DNA of 64,000 nucleotides from an uncultured Desulfospira sp. (lineage in GTDB: Bacteria; Desulfobacterota; Desulfobacteria; Desulfobacterales; Desulfobacteraceae), in contig OY760175.1 in NCBI GenBank assembly GCA_963663165.1, positions 2,496,001 through 2,560,000 on the forward strand. Direction: 5' to 3'. Numbering within the stretch: position 1 is the stretch's first letter; the number at the start of each line of letters is the position of its first letter. The translations under genes and the position numbers were made by a program. Below the pieces are notes generated by a model, which saw only the letters and a list, made by a program, of their open reading frames with translations, had not been told where the DNA came from and did no database searches. This document shows, in pieces, positions 1 through 9,991 of this stretch.

Positions 1-806
1 TCCGGGCCATGCAGCGGGGCACCATTGACGCGGTACAAAGCGATGAAGACTCCATCGGCGCCCCCGTGGATGTGTCTGTGTTCGGCGCGTATTTCCCCTT
101 TGCCTCCCGGTACTCCCTGGATGTTCCCACCCTGTTTCACCATTACGGACTCAATGAAATCTGGCAGGAAGCTTATTCAGAAATCAAAAATGTCACCTGG
201 CTGGGAACCGGTTCCTGGGACCCTTGCAACTTCAGCACCAAAGAACCCATCAGAAGCATTGAAGACCTTAAAGGCAAACGGGTATTTACCTTCCCCACCG
301 GCGGGCGGTTTCTGAAAAAATTCGGCGTGGTGCCGGTCACCCTGCCCTGGGAGGACGTTGAAGTGGCCATGCAGACCGGAGAGCTGGACGGTCTTGCCTG
401 GTCCGGTATCACCGAGGTCTATTCCGTGGGGTGGGCCAATGTAACCAAATACTACCTGACCAACAATATTTCCGGTGCCTGGGCCGGGTCTTACTTTGCC
501 AACTCAGAAAAATGGGACGCCCTTCCCGAACATCTAAAGGCCCTGTTCAAACTGGCCATGGATTCCTCTCACTACCACAGACAGTACTGGTACTGGTGGG
601 GAGAAGCCCATTACCGGACCAAGGGCGGGAAACTTGAGCTGACCACCATCCCGGAAAACGAATGGAAACAGGTGGAAGACGAGGCCTTGAAATACTGGGA
701 TGAAATAGCGGCCAAGAGTGAAAGAAGCGCCAAAGTGGTGAAGATCCTCAAAGAGTATGCCAAAACCATGAGAGACGCCGGAGCGCCTTACCGGTACAAC
801 TCATAA
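1..806 (+). CDS. dctP: TRAP transporter substrate-binding protein (5'-partial), amine/ethanolamine-binding type
   Basis: DctP-like motifs (KEPIRSIEDLKGKRV, LPWEDVEVAMQTGELDG). The frame is open to the window edge. Followed by small and large TRAP permeases. Confidence 0.9.
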   Translation, partial: RAMQRGTIDAVQSDEDSIGAPVDVSVFGAYFPFASRYSLDVPTLFHHYGLNEIWQEAYSEIKNVTWLGTGSWDPCNFSTKEPIRSIEDLKGKRVFTFPTGGRFLKKFGVVPVTLPWEDVEVAMQTGELDGLAWSGITEVYSVGWANVTKYYLTNNISGAWAGSYFANSEKWDALPEHLKALFKLAMDSSHYHRQYWYWWGEAHYRTKGGKLELTTIPENEWKQVEDEALKYWDEIAAKSERSAKVVKILKEYAKTMRDAGAPYRYNS

Positions 807-843
807 CCTGTAAGCACTCCTTACTATTGATGTTTAGCCACCG

Positions 844-891
844 CTGCCTTCCCGGTCTTAAATTAAAACCGGGAGGGCAGTATTTTATTTT
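844..891 (+). terminator. Stem-loop with T-rich tail between dctP and dctQ (terminator or mRNA stabiliser)
   Basis: CTGCCTTCCCGGT (844-856) pairs with ACCGGGAGGGCAG (868-880), followed by TATTTTATTTT. Confidence 0.7.
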
Positions 892-939
892 AGCTTTTAG
901 CTGTTAGCCATTAGCTGTTAGCCATTAGCTGTTAGCCTT
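891..939. repeat. Heptamer tandem array (TAGCTGT/TAGCCAT family), 7 units
   Basis: TAGCTTT TAGCTGT TAGCCAT TAGCTGT TAGCCAT TAGCTGT TAGCCTT. Confidence 0.95.
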
Positions 940-967
940 TTGCGCCCGGGTTCCTGAACGAGAACCC

Positions 968-1093
968 GTGTTTGGGCGAAAAGTTGCCCATATGCAAGGC
1001 GCAGAAAAATTTGTAACCGGAGCAACCTTTAGGGTTGTGAGGATTGCAAATTTTTCTGCAACGCAGCAGATGGGTGACTTTTCGTTCAAACAC
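968..1093. mobile_element. ~126-bp palindromic MITE-like repeat, copy 1
   Basis: Long imperfect terminal inverted repeats GTGTTTGGGCGAAAAGTTGCCCATATGC / GCAGATGGGTGACTTTTCGTTCAAACAC. Homologous copies in the opposite orientation at ~22865 and 27842. Confidence 0.85.
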
Positions 1094-1110
1094 TTATCAA
1101 GGAAGTTAAA

Positions 1111-1623
1111 ATGCCTAAGGCAGTTATAACCTATGTAAAATATGTCGATGCGGTCAACCGAAAGGTGGGCCGGATCGTTTTGTATCTGGTGTTTGGAATG
1201 ATGGGGCTTTTGCTGTTTGCCTCCATATCCAGAACCTTTTTCAACGTCCCCTTTGTCTGGGTCATGGAAATGGCCCAGTTCACCATGGCCGCCTACTACC
1301 TGCTGGGGGGAGGCTATTCCATGCAGCTTAAGGCCCATGTCCGGATGGATGTCCTTTATGAAAGATGGTCGCCTAAGAAACGGGCCAAAGTAGATGCCTG
1401 GACATCGGGCTTTTTAATTTTTTACCTGGTGGTCCTTTTATACGGGGCCATTTCCAGCACGGTCTATGCCATTCAATACGGCCAGAGGAATTATTCCACC
1501 TGGGGGCCGCCCATGGCGCCCATTAAAGTCATCATGACCATCGGAATTGCGCTGATGCTGCTGCAGGCCATTGCCGCCTTTTTCAGGGACGTGGCAAAGG
1601 CGAGAGGAAAAGAAATCTTATGA
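1111..1623 (+). CDS. dctQ: TRAP transporter small permease
   Basis: 170 aa, about 4 TM segments, W..E and HVRMD motifs. Confidence 0.92.
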   Translation: MPKAVITYVKYVDAVNRKVGRIVLYLVFGMMGLLLFASISRTFFNVPFVWVMEMAQFTMAAYYLLGGGYSMQLKAHVRMDVLYERWSPKKRAKVDAWTSGFLIFYLVVLLYGAISSTVYAIQYGQRNYSTWGPPMAPIKVIMTIGIALMLLQAIAAFFRDVAKARGKEIL

Positions 1624-2945
1624 GTCACGAATATATAGCCCTGTTGATGTTCTCATCCCTGATGGTGATGCTGGTATCGGGCCAGCGGGTGTTTGGCGCG
1701 GTCGGGTTTGTGGCGGCCCTGTCCGCCCTGATGCTCTGGGGAACTTCCGGGGCGGGAGAAATGCCCTTTAACGCCAGCATCGGGCTGCTCAACTGGTATC
1801 CGCTGCTGACACTGCCCCTGTTTATCTATATGGGATACATGCTGTCTGAATCGGGAATTGCCAGCGACCTTTACAAGATGCTCCACGTCTGGATGGGCCC
1901 CCTTGGCGGCGGGCTTGCCATCGGCACCATTGTTCTCATGGTGGCCATTTCCGCCATGAACGGCCTGAGTGTGGCCGGCATGGCCATCGGCACCAGCATT
2001 GCCCTGCCGGAAATGCTTAAAAGGGGATACGACAAAACCATGGTTACCGGCGTCATCCAGGCCGGATCTTCTTTGGGGATCATGGTGCCGCCCAGTATTG
2101 TACTGGTGCTTTACGGCATGATTGCCCGGCAGCCCGTGGGCCAGCTCTGGCTTGCCGGGGTCTTCCCGGGCCTGCTTCTGGCCGCCTTGTTCGTCATCTA
2201 TATTGCGGTCCGGTGTAAAATTAATCCGAGCCTGGGGCCGACCCTGTCCAAAGAAGAGCGGGACATGCCCTGGAGTGAGCGGCTGCGCCTTCTCAGGGCC
2301 GGTATTCTTCCCCTGGTCATTATTTTCAGCGTTACCGGTCTTTTCATGATGGGCGTCACCAGCCTGGTGGAAAGTTCGGCTGTGGGCGCAGTGGCCGCAA
2401 CCATTGCCGCCATTGCCAAAAAGCGGCTGACCAGAAAAGTCATGGACACCACCCTTCACATGACCCTGAGCGTCTCCTGTATGTTCATGTGGATCATCCT
2501 GGCGGCCATGTGTTTTGGTGCCGTATTTGACGGCCTTGGGGCGGTCAAGGCCATTGAGGTGCTGTTCCTGGAAAAATGGGGGCTTGGCCCCTGGCAGGTA
2601 TTGATCATGATGCAGATATCCTATATCATCATGGGCATGTTTCTGGATGACACGGCCATGCTGGTTATCGTGGCACCTTTGTATATCCCCCTGATCATCA
2701 GCCTTGGGTTCAATGCGGTCTGGTACGGGGTTCTTTATACGGTAACCTGCCAGATCGCCTACATGACCCCGCCCTTCGGATACAACCTGTTTTTAATGAA
2801 GGCCATGGCGCCAAAGGAGATCTCCTTAATGGACATTTACAACTCCATTATTCCCTTTGTCCTGCTCATGTGCTTAGGGCTTGCCCTGATCATGATGTTT
2901 CCCCAGATTGCCATGTGGCTGCCTGAATTTTATTATGGAAAATAG
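1620..2945 (+). CDS. dctM: TRAP transporter large permease
   Basis: 441-aa polytopic membrane protein with LPLFIYMG, LGIMVPPS and TPPFG motifs. ATGA overlap with dctQ. Confidence 0.95.
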   Translation: MSHEYIALLMFSSLMVMLVSGQRVFGAVGFVAALSALMLWGTSGAGEMPFNASIGLLNWYPLLTLPLFIYMGYMLSESGIASDLYKMLHVWMGPLGGGLAIGTIVLMVAISAMNGLSVAGMAIGTSIALPEMLKRGYDKTMVTGVIQAGSSLGIMVPPSIVLVLYGMIARQPVGQLWLAGVFPGLLLAALFVIYIAVRCKINPSLGPTLSKEERDMPWSERLRLLRAGILPLVIIFSVTGLFMMGVTSLVESSAVGAVAATIAAIAKKRLTRKVMDTTLHMTLSVSCMFMWIILAAMCFGAVFDGLGAVKAIEVLFLEKWGLGPWQVLIMMQISYIIMGMFLDDTAMLVIVAPLYIPLIISLGFNAVWYGVLYTVTCQIAYMTPPFGYNLFLMKAMAPKEISLMDIYNSIIPFVLLMCLGLALIMMFPQIAMWLPEFYYGK

Positions 2946-2948
2946 TGA

Positions 2949-3000
2949 TTGGCCGTTGGCAAGCCAATTGCCAACGGCTAACGGCTAATAGCTAAAAGCT
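2949..3000. repeat. Heptamer array with inverted arms (TTGGCCG / GCTAACG)
   Basis: TTGGCCG TTGGCAA ... GCCAACG GCTAACG GCTAATA GCTAAAA, starting just after the dctM stop. Confidence 0.8.
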
Positions 3001-3017
3001 TACCAACGAGGAAGATT

Positions 3018-4388
3018 ATGAAGACCTTGGACATAAAAACCATAGAAGACGCCCAAAACCTGATCAGGGAACGGAACATCGACTATGTAAAGGTGGGGGT
3101 GTTTGACATTGACGGCATTTTCCGGGGCAAATACATGAAGGCTTCCAAATTCATGACGGTTCTGGAAAAGGGGTTTGATTTTTGTGACGTGGTGATGGGC
3201 TGGGACTCCAATGACCAGCTGTACGACGACAGTGTCACCATCACGGGCTGGCATTCGGGATACAATGACGCCCCGGTGAATATTGTCACTGAATCCTGCC
3301 GGGAACTTCCCTTAGAAAAAAACACGGTGCTCTTCATCGGCGAATTTAGCGGCAAGCATGAACAGGTCTGCCCCAGGGGAACCCTGAAACGGGTGGTCCA
3401 GAAGGCTGAGTCCATGGGATTTAATGCGGACATGGCCTATGAATTTGAATTTTTCATGTTCAATGAAAATGCCGACACCATCCGGGAAAAAGGGTACAAA
3501 AACATGAAGAACCTGACCCCGGGATTTTTTGGCTACTCCATGCTCCGGGCGTCTGAATACCATGAATTTTATGAGGATGTCCTGGACCTTTGCCGTGCCA
3601 TGGATTTTCCTTTAGAAGGCCTTCATACCGAGACCGGCCCCGGGGTTATCGAGGCGGCCATTTACTATGCCGATGCCATGGAAGCCGCGGACAGGGCGGC
3701 CCTGTTCAAGACCTATATCAAAATCCTGGCCAAAAAATGGAACTGGATGGCCTGTTTCATGGCCAAATGGTCCCTGAACTATCCGGGCCAGAGCGGCCAT
3801 ATCCACATGTCTTTAAAAGATCCGGACGGCAAGTCCGCCTTTTTTGATCCCGGAAAGCCCGGCAGCATGTCTGACACCATGCGGTATTTTATCGGCGGAC
3901 AGCAGGCATTGATGCCCGAGCTTCTGTGCATGGCCGCCCCCACCATCAACAGCTTCAGCCGCCTGGTCCCGGGCTTCTGGGCCCCCACGGACTCAAGCTG
4001 GGGGGTAGACAACCGGACCTGCGCCATCCGCGCCATTCCGGGATCAGCATCCTCCCAGCGGGTGGAATACCGGGTCACGGCCGCCGACATCAATCCCTAT
4101 ATTGCCGGGGCCGCAGCCCTGGGGTCCGGTCTGTGGGGCATTGAAAACAAGATTGACCCCGGCGACCCGGTCCAGGGAAATGCCTATGACAAAACCTTTG
4201 GCCCGGAACGAAAATTCCCGGCCACCCTGGCCGATGCGGCCCGGCGGCTCAAAGCATCCAAGGCTGCCAGAGAACTTTTCGGAGATGTATTTGTGGACCA
4301 CTATGCCGCCACAAGGATGTGGGAGAGCAAGGAATTTCAAAAATATATTACGGACTGGGAATTAGAGCGCTACTTTGAGATTATTTAA
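3018..4388 (+). CDS. Glutamine synthetase-like protein (probable gamma-glutamyl-amine ligase)
   Basis: D.DG.FRGK, EFEFF, HTETGPG..E, GQSGHIH, WGVDNRT and RVEYR motifs. Best fits the non-canonical GS-like (PuuA/PauA-type) class. Confidence 0.85.
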   Translation: MKTLDIKTIEDAQNLIRERNIDYVKVGVFDIDGIFRGKYMKASKFMTVLEKGFDFCDVVMGWDSNDQLYDDSVTITGWHSGYNDAPVNIVTESCRELPLEKNTVLFIGEFSGKHEQVCPRGTLKRVVQKAESMGFNADMAYEFEFFMFNENADTIREKGYKNMKNLTPGFFGYSMLRASEYHEFYEDVLDLCRAMDFPLEGLHTETGPGVIEAAIYYADAMEAADRAALFKTYIKILAKKWNWMACFMAKWSLNYPGQSGHIHMSLKDPDGKSAFFDPGKPGSMSDTMRYFIGGQQALMPELLCMAAPTINSFSRLVPGFWAPTDSSWGVDNRTCAIRAIPGSASSQRVEYRVTAADINPYIAGAAALGSGLWGIENKIDPGDPVQGNAYDKTFGPERKFPATLADAARRLKASKAARELFGDVFVDHYAATRMWESKEFQKYITDWELERYFEII

Positions 4389-4394
4389 AGGAAT

Positions 4395-4500
4395 TTAGGC
4401 TGAAGGTAATTGGGCTGAAGGTGGACGAAACACTTCAGCCTTAGGCCTGGCCACCGAATCCCCTTCAGCCTTCAGCCTAAACGCCTAATCACTTAAACCC
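4395..4500. repeat. Heptamer-based array with inverted arms (GGCTGAA / TTCAGCC family)
   Basis: TTTAGGC TGAAGGT..GGGC TGAAGGT ... CTTCAGC CTTCAGC CTAAACGC. Confidence 0.85.
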
Positions 4501-4521
4501 CTTTTTATTTAGGAAACCATA

Positions 4522-5688
4522 ATGACAGGAAAGATTTCACAATTTTCATTTCCCAACACCATTTATTTTGGTGCCGGGGCCATTGACAATCTGCCCGAAT
4601 ATTTGGGCAATTTAGGGGTCAAATCCCCCCTGGTGGTGACGGACCCGGGCATGTTGAAAACAGACGTCTGCCCCAAGGTTGAGGCCATCCTCAAGGCAGC
4701 CGGCATCAGTTACACGGTGTTCTCTCAAGTCAACCCCAATCCCCTGGATTCGGACATTGACAAGGGGGTTGAAGCCTTCAAGGCTGGAAACTGTGACAGC
4801 ATCATCGGCCTTGGCGGCGGCAGCGCCCTGGATGCGGCCAAGGTGGTACAGGTGCTGGCGGCCCACGGCGGCAGGGTCAACGACTATGACAATGCCACGG
4901 GCGGGAACCAGAACATCAAAGGCCCCCTGCCCCCCATGATTGCCGTTCCCACCACGGCCGGAACCGGCAGTGAAGTGGGGTCCTGTTCCGTGATCACTTC
5001 GGTGGCCGAAAAAAGAAAATTCATGGTGTGCAGTCCGTTGCTGCGGCCTGCCGTGGCCCTGCTGGACCCGGAACTGACCGTGGGCCTGCCCGCCCACCTG
5101 ACCGCCGGCACCGGCATGGATGCCTTTACCCACTGCGTGGAGGCCCTGGTGGTCAAGGACTTTCATCCCATGTGTGACGCCATTGCCCTTAAGGGAATCG
5201 AGTACGTGGCCCAATACCTGGAAACCGCCTGCAATGAACCCGCCAACATCGAAGCCCGGGGATACATGCAGCTGGCCGCCATGATGGGGGCCGTGGCCTT
5301 TATGAAAGACCTGGGGGCGGCCCATTCCCTGTCCCATGCCCTGTCGGCCGTTTCCCATGTGCCCCACGGCCTGGCCAACGCCATCTGCCTGGTGCCGGTC
5401 ATGAAATTCAACAAAGCCGTCTGCATCGAGGAATATGCCCGGGTGGCCGCAGCCTTTGGCATCAACACCTTTGAAATCACCCAGGAACAGGCCGCCGACA
5501 TGGCCATCCAGGCCGTGGCCGACCTGAACCGCCGCATCGGCATCCCTGAAAAGCTGTCCGATGCCGGGGTTAAAGAAGAAGATTTGGAAGAGCTGACGGA
5601 CAAGGCCTTCAGGGATGGCTGCCATGCCACCAATCCCAGGCCGTGTTCAAAGGATGATTTGATGGGATTGTTTAGGGAGGCGTTGTGA
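4522..5688 (+). CDS. Iron-containing alcohol dehydrogenase
   Basis: GLGGGSALDAAK, PTTAGTGSE, DAFTHCVE, HSLSH and HGLANA metal/NAD motifs. Confidence 0.95.
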   Translation: MTGKISQFSFPNTIYFGAGAIDNLPEYLGNLGVKSPLVVTDPGMLKTDVCPKVEAILKAAGISYTVFSQVNPNPLDSDIDKGVEAFKAGNCDSIIGLGGGSALDAAKVVQVLAAHGGRVNDYDNATGGNQNIKGPLPPMIAVPTTAGTGSEVGSCSVITSVAEKRKFMVCSPLLRPAVALLDPELTVGLPAHLTAGTGMDAFTHCVEALVVKDFHPMCDAIALKGIEYVAQYLETACNEPANIEARGYMQLAAMMGAVAFMKDLGAAHSLSHALSAVSHVPHGLANAICLVPVMKFNKAVCIEEYARVAAAFGINTFEITQEQAADMAIQAVADLNRRIGIPEKLSDAGVKEEDLEELTDKAFRDGCHATNPRPCSKDDLMGLFREAL

Positions 5689-5689
5689 G

Positions 5690-5731
5690 GAGCTGTTAGC
5701 CTTTAGCTGTTAGCCTTTAGCCATTAGCCAC
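5690..5731. repeat. Heptamer tandem array (TAGCTGT/TAGCCTT), 6 units
   Basis: GAGCTGT TAGCCTT TAGCTGT TAGCCTT TAGCCAT TAGCCAC, right after the ADH stop. Confidence 0.95.
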
Positions 5732-5827
5732 TGTACCGCGTAATTTTTAGACGCTCCGAGAGTTCTCCTATTTGCAAAATCTTTCAGTGGCGCTGGTCTT
5801 CTATGATCAAAACGGAGAGGAGGAGAA

Positions 5828-6462
5828 ATGTCCGATTTGATCCCCAGACATGGCGGATACCGGAAACTGAAGGGTTTTCAGGTGGCCCAGTTGTGTTATG
5901 ACGTGACGGTGCGGTTTTGTGACCGGTATGTGGACCGATTCAGCCGGACAAGGGATCAGATGGTGCAGGCGGCCCGATCGGGGGTGCAGAATATTGCCGA
6001 GGGATCCCAGGCGTCAGCAACCTCGAAAAAGACCGAGCTAAAACTGACCCAAGTGGCCCGGGCGAGCCTTGAAGAGTTAAGGCTGGATTACGAAGATTTC
6101 CTGCGGCAGCGGGGGTTGGTGATGCTTGACCCGAATCAGCCCCGCTGAGGCGTTTTAAACATCGGAGGCCGCAAACGGTAGAAGAGTTTGCAAGGTGGGT
6201 AGCGGATGAGCGCAGGCAAAGTCTGGACCAACACAGACAGACACGGACTGACAAGGACAGTGATGTGTTCGTCAGCGAACGTCCGTGTTCGTCCCTGAGT
6301 TCTGCCTGCCTTGCAGCGAATGATGTACTTTCCTTGTTAAACCTTGCCTGTTATCTCCTTGACCGGCAGGTCGAACGTCTCGCCCGGGATTTTGAAAACC
6401 AGGGGGGCTTTTCAGAACGACTTTACCGTGTCCGGAGTGCAAAGCGCAAGAAAAGGTCATGA
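5828..6462 (+). pseudogene. Four-helix-bundle protein with C-terminal suffix domain, split by a 1-nt frameshift near 6140-6145
   Basis: GGYRKL..FQ, DQMVQAARSGVQNIAEGS and ARASLEEL..DYEDFLRQ in the first ORF. LLDRQ...L..DF...GGFSERLY in the second ORF. One extra base in the C4 run (6140-6143) gives a continuous ~211-aa ORF. Good RBS (GGAGAGGAGG). Confidence 0.85.
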
Positions 6463-6468
6463 AGGGGT

Positions 6469-7083
6469 TCAGGGTTCAAGCATGCCCTGGTGAATCAGAA
6501 AATCAATAATTTCATCAACGCCCTGACCAGTTTTCATGTTGGCAAAGACAAAGGGCTTGTCCCCTCTCATGCGGCGGGTATCCTGTTCCATGACCTCAAG
6601 GGAGGCGCCCACCAAGGGGGCCAAGTCCACCTTGTTGATCACCAAAAGATCGGACCGGGTGATGCCGGGACCGCCTTTGCGGGGAATTTTGTCCCCTGCT
6701 GAGACATCAATGACGTAGATGGCAAGATCGGCCAGTTCCGGGCTGAAGGTGGCGCTCAAATTATCGCCGCCGCTCTCCACCAGGACCAGGTCAAGATCGG
6801 CAAACTTTTGGCAAAGATCCTCTACGGCGGCCAGGTTCATGGAGGCATCTTCGCGGATGGCCGTGTGGGGGCAGCCGCCGGTCTCGACCCCCATGATCCG
6901 GTCTGCAGACAGGGCCTGCCTGCGAATCAGAAACTCCTGATCCTCCCGGGTGTAAATATCATTGGTGACCACGGCAAGGCTGTACCGGTCCCTCATGGAA
7001 AGGCAGATGGCTTCAAGAAGGGCTGTCTTTCCTGATCCCACCGGTCCCCCGACGCCCACGCGAAGCGGCGCTCTCTTGCTCAT
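6469..7083 (-). CDS. ureG: Urease accessory GTPase UreG
   Basis: [20 protein letters not shown] and NKVD motifs. Confidence 0.98.
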   Translation of the reverse strand: MSKRAPLRVGVGGPVGSGKTALLEAICLSMRDRYSLAVVTNDIYTREDQEFLIRRQALSADRIMGVETGGCPHTAIREDASMNLAAVEDLCQKFADLDLVLVESGGDNLSATFSPELADLAIYVIDVSAGDKIPRKGGPGITRSDLLVINKVDLAPLVGASLEVMEQDTRRMRGDKPFVFANMKTGQGVDEIIDFLIHQGMLEP

Positions 7084-7093
7084 AAAATTCTCC

Positions 7094-7801
7094 TTATGAT
7101 CTGAAAAGTCTGGTGTATTGGGTTTCGTGGCCGCAGCCGGCCAGGCTCAGGGCCGGCAGAGAACTTCCCATGTGTTGAAAGTCTTTGATCTTCAATCCTG
7201 ATGCAGCCGCCGTATCAATGGCCGGGGAGAGCCTTGAAAGGACCCTTTGTCCGGCGCTCTGGCCCAGGGGGATAATTTTCACGGCGGCCAGGACCTGGTT
7301 TTCAAGCCAGGACCAGAGATATCCTTTGGCCGAGGCCTGAACGGGAATCGTCCAAATGGCCGCGGCAAAAGCAAACCCGGCCAGCTGGGAAGAGGCAATC
7401 ACCTTTTGCCACGGTTCAGGGTCTGTTTTCTCAGAATCGCCAGCCATGTGGTCATGGCAAAGGCCCAGCTCCCTGATGATGGCGGCCAGGGCCCGGCCCC
7501 GGTGCGCTTCCTCATCTCGAAGCTCTCTGGTTTCCCGGCAGGCCCTGACCCACTGGGCTGCACTGGTAAAGGCAGAAAGATCCTGATGTTCAACCGCCCC
7601 GTAAAGGCGCTGAAGCAGCGGCACATCCACGCGGGCCATACCGGTTTCCAGAATATTGGCAAGCCAGTATTCAAGGGTGGTTTCATCCTTGACCCATCCC
7701 TGTTCAACAGCCCACTCCAACCCCTGGGAATAGGCAAACCCCCCGGTGGGAAGGGACGGGCTGACCAGGTGCATCAGCCGGATCAGCCATGGCGATTCCA
7801 T
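7094..7801 (-). CDS. ureF: Urease accessory protein UreF (start at 7801, alternatively 7849)
   Basis: [16 protein letters not shown] at the N-terminus and [11 protein letters not shown] at the C-terminus. The upstream part of the ORF-track call overlaps ureE. Confidence 0.95.
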   Translation of the reverse strand: MESPWLIRLMHLVSPSLPTGGFAYSQGLEWAVEQGWVKDETTLEYWLANILETGMARVDVPLLQRLYGAVEHQDLSAFTSAAQWVRACRETRELRDEEAHRGRALAAIIRELGLCHDHMAGDSEKTDPEPWQKVIASSQLAGFAFAAAIWTIPVQASAKGYLWSWLENQVLAAVKIIPLGQSAGQRVLSRLSPAIDTAAASGLKIKDFQHMGSSLPALSLAGCGHETQYTRLFRS

Positions 7802-7826
7802 GCCCCCCCCTGAGGACTTGTGCCCG

Positions 7827-8273
7827 TCAGTGGTGGTGATGGTGTCCATTGCCGTTGCCGTATGCCCCGGTTTCAGGCTCAAACGGGGCCTGCTCCACGG
7901 TGATGGTAAGTCCCAACCCTTTGACCATATCGTCCAGGACATGGTCATGGGGGTAACGGACAAAACCATCCCGGATTTCAAGATCCACATGCCGGTTGCC
8001 CAGATGGTAACAGGCCAGGTTGAGCTGCCGGGGGGTCCGGGCCCGGGCCGTGGAGACCTGTTCATGGGCGGCAATAATCCTGACATGGAACCCGTCGTCA
8101 CTGCTGACCATATCCCCGTTTCTTAAAATCTGGCCCCGCTCCAGGAACAGTCCGGCCTCATCCTGGTTATCCAGCACCACCCGCTGCCGGCTTTTGATCC
8201 GCTTTTCCCAGGGCAGGGTCAGGGTGGCATGGACCGCTTCACCGGTCTGGGTTTTATGGGTCAATTCAATCAT
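7827..8273 (-). CDS. ureE: Urease accessory nickel chaperone UreE
   Basis: YHLGNRH, PFEPE.GAY and a His-rich tail (HHHH). Confidence 0.97.
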   Translation of the reverse strand: MIELTHKTQTGEAVHATLTLPWEKRIKSRQRVVLDNQDEAGLFLERGQILRNGDMVSSDDGFHVRIIAAHEQVSTARARTPRQLNLACYHLGNRHVDLEIRDGFVRYPHDHVLDDMVKGLGLTITVEQAPFEPETGAYGNGNGHHHHH

Positions 8274-8275
8274 GG

Positions 8276-9979
8276 CTAAAACAGAAAATACCGCTGGGCC
8301 ATGGGAAGCACCGAGGCCGGTTCACAGGTCAACAGTTCCCCGTCAGCCCGGACCTCGTAAGTCTGGGGATCAACTTCCATATGGGGCTGGTAGGTATTGT
8401 GGATCATATCCTTTTTGCCGATGTTTCGGCACGCCTTTACCGGGATAAGCCGCGATTGCAGTCCGGCGCTGTCCAGTATGCCCTTTTCCAATGCAGTGCC
8501 CGAAACAAAGGAAATTGAGGTTTCATGCCGGGCCCTGCCAAAGGCCCCGAACATGGGCCGGTAATGGACGGGCTGGGGCGACGGGATGGAGGCGTTGGGG
8601 TCCCCCATGGGGGCCAGGGCGATCATGCCGCCCTTGATGACCAATGAGGGCTTGACCCCGAAAAGGGCCGGTTTCCACAAAACCAGGTCGGCAAATTTTC
8701 CGGCTTCCACAGATCCCACCTCATGGGAGATCCCGTGGCAGACGGCCGGGTTGATGGTGTATTTTGAGATATACCGTTTGACCCGGTGGTTGTCATGGGC
8801 AGCGGGGTCCTGTTTGAGGCTGCCTCTCTGCACCTTCATCTTGTGGGCGGTCTGCCAGGTTCGGATGATCACCTCCCCTACCCGGCCCATGGCCTGGGAG
8901 TCCGATGCGATCATGGAAAATGCCCCCAGATCGTGGAGGATATCCTCTGCAGCAATGGTCTCCCGCCGGATGCGGGACTCGGCAAAGGCAATGTCCTCAG
9001 CAATTTTGGGGTCCAGGTGGTGGCAGACCATGAGCATATCCAGATGCTCGTCAATGGTGTTGACCGTGTAGGGCCTGGTGGGGTTGGTTGACGATGGCAG
9101 CACATTGGGCAGCCCGCAGGCCCGGATGATGTCCGGGGCATGGCCACCCCCGGCCCCTTCGGTGTGAAAGGTATGAATGGTGCGCCCCTTAAAGGCTTCC
9201 ATGGTCTGCTCCACAAACCCGGATTCATTGAGGGTATCCGTGTGGATGGCCACCTGAACGTCCATTTTGTCGGCAACGGCAAGGCAGTTGTCAATCACCG
9301 CCGGCGTGGTCCCCCAGTCCTCGTGAAGTTTTAGGCCCATGGCCCCTGCGGCCACCTGCTCTTCAAGGGCAATGGGCAGGCTGGCATTGCCCTTTCCCAT
9401 AAACCCCAGGTTCATGGGAAAGGCATCGGCGGCCTGGAGCATTTTAACGATATTCCAGGGGCCCGGTGTGCAGGTGGTGGCATTGGTTCCCGTGGCAGGA
9501 CCCGTGCCGCCGCCAAGCATGGTGGTAACCCCTGAGGCCAGGGCCTCTTCAATCTGCTGGGGGGCAATAAAATGAATGTGGGCGTCAATGCCGCCGGCCG
9601 TAAGGATATGGCCCTCTCCGGCCACGGCTTCGGTGCCGGGCCCCACGATAATGTTAATGCCTGGCTGGACATCGGGGTTGCCGGCCTTGCCGATACCGTG
9701 AATCCGGCCGTCTTTAATGCCCACATCCGCCTTGACAATGCCCCAGTGATCAATGATCAGGGCATTGGTAATCACCATATCAACGGCATCTTTGCACGAG
9801 GCCTGGCTTTGGCCCATGCCGTCCCGGATGGTTTTCCCGCCCCCGAATTTGATCTCCTCGCCATAAATGGTTTTGTCCTCTTCCACTTCAATAAACAGTT
9901 CCGTGTCCGCCAGTCTCACCCGGTCTCCGGTGGTGGGGCCGAACATCTCGGCGTAAGCTTTTCTGGTAATGGTTGTCAT
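8276..9979 (-). CDS. ureC: Urease subunit alpha
   Basis: [30 protein letters not shown] and SDSQAMGR motifs. Confidence 0.99.
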   Translation of the reverse strand: MTTITRKAYAEMFGPTTGDRVRLADTELFIEVEEDKTIYGEEIKFGGGKTIRDGMGQSQASCKDAVDMVITNALIIDHWGIVKADVGIKDGRIHGIGKAGNPDVQPGINIIVGPGTEAVAGEGHILTAGGIDAHIHFIAPQQIEEALASGVTTMLGGGTGPATGTNATTCTPGPWNIVKMLQAADAFPMNLGFMGKGNASLPIALEEQVAAGAMGLKLHEDWGTTPAVIDNCLAVADKMDVQVAIHTDTLNESGFVEQTMEAFKGRTIHTFHTEGAGGGHAPDIIRACGLPNVLPSSTNPTRPYTVNTIDEHLDMLMVCHHLDPKIAEDIAFAESRIRRETIAAEDILHDLGAFSMIASDSQAMGRVGEVIIRTWQTAHKMKVQRGSLKQDPAAHDNHRVKRYISKYTINPAVCHGISHEVGSVEAGKFADLVLWKPALFGVKPSLVIKGGMIALAPMGDPNASIPSPQPVHYRPMFGAFGRARHETSISFVSGTALEKGILDSAGLQSRLIPVKACRNIGKKDMIHNTYQPHMEVDPQTYEVRADGELLTCEPASVLPMAQRYFLF

Positions 9980-9991
9980 GTCGTCCCCTCC

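Noticed and set aside
1653..5625. Long antisense ORFs (e.g. 1653-2459, 4612-5625, and 31538-32371 elsewhere)
   Set aside because: Shadow frames of well-supported genes in GC-rich DNA, with no recognisable motifs.
5828..6462. Diversity-generating retroelement (Avd-like fold)
   Set aside because: No reverse transcriptase and no TR/VR pair with adenine-specific mismatches nearby. The acrB duplicate differs at mixed bases.
7802..8101. N-terminal extension of UreF in the ORF track (similar extensions for serB, CCA enzyme, amrS, oxidoreductase)
   Set aside because: The extensions overlap neighbouring genes or non-coding sequence and lack family similarity. Downstream starts were chosen.
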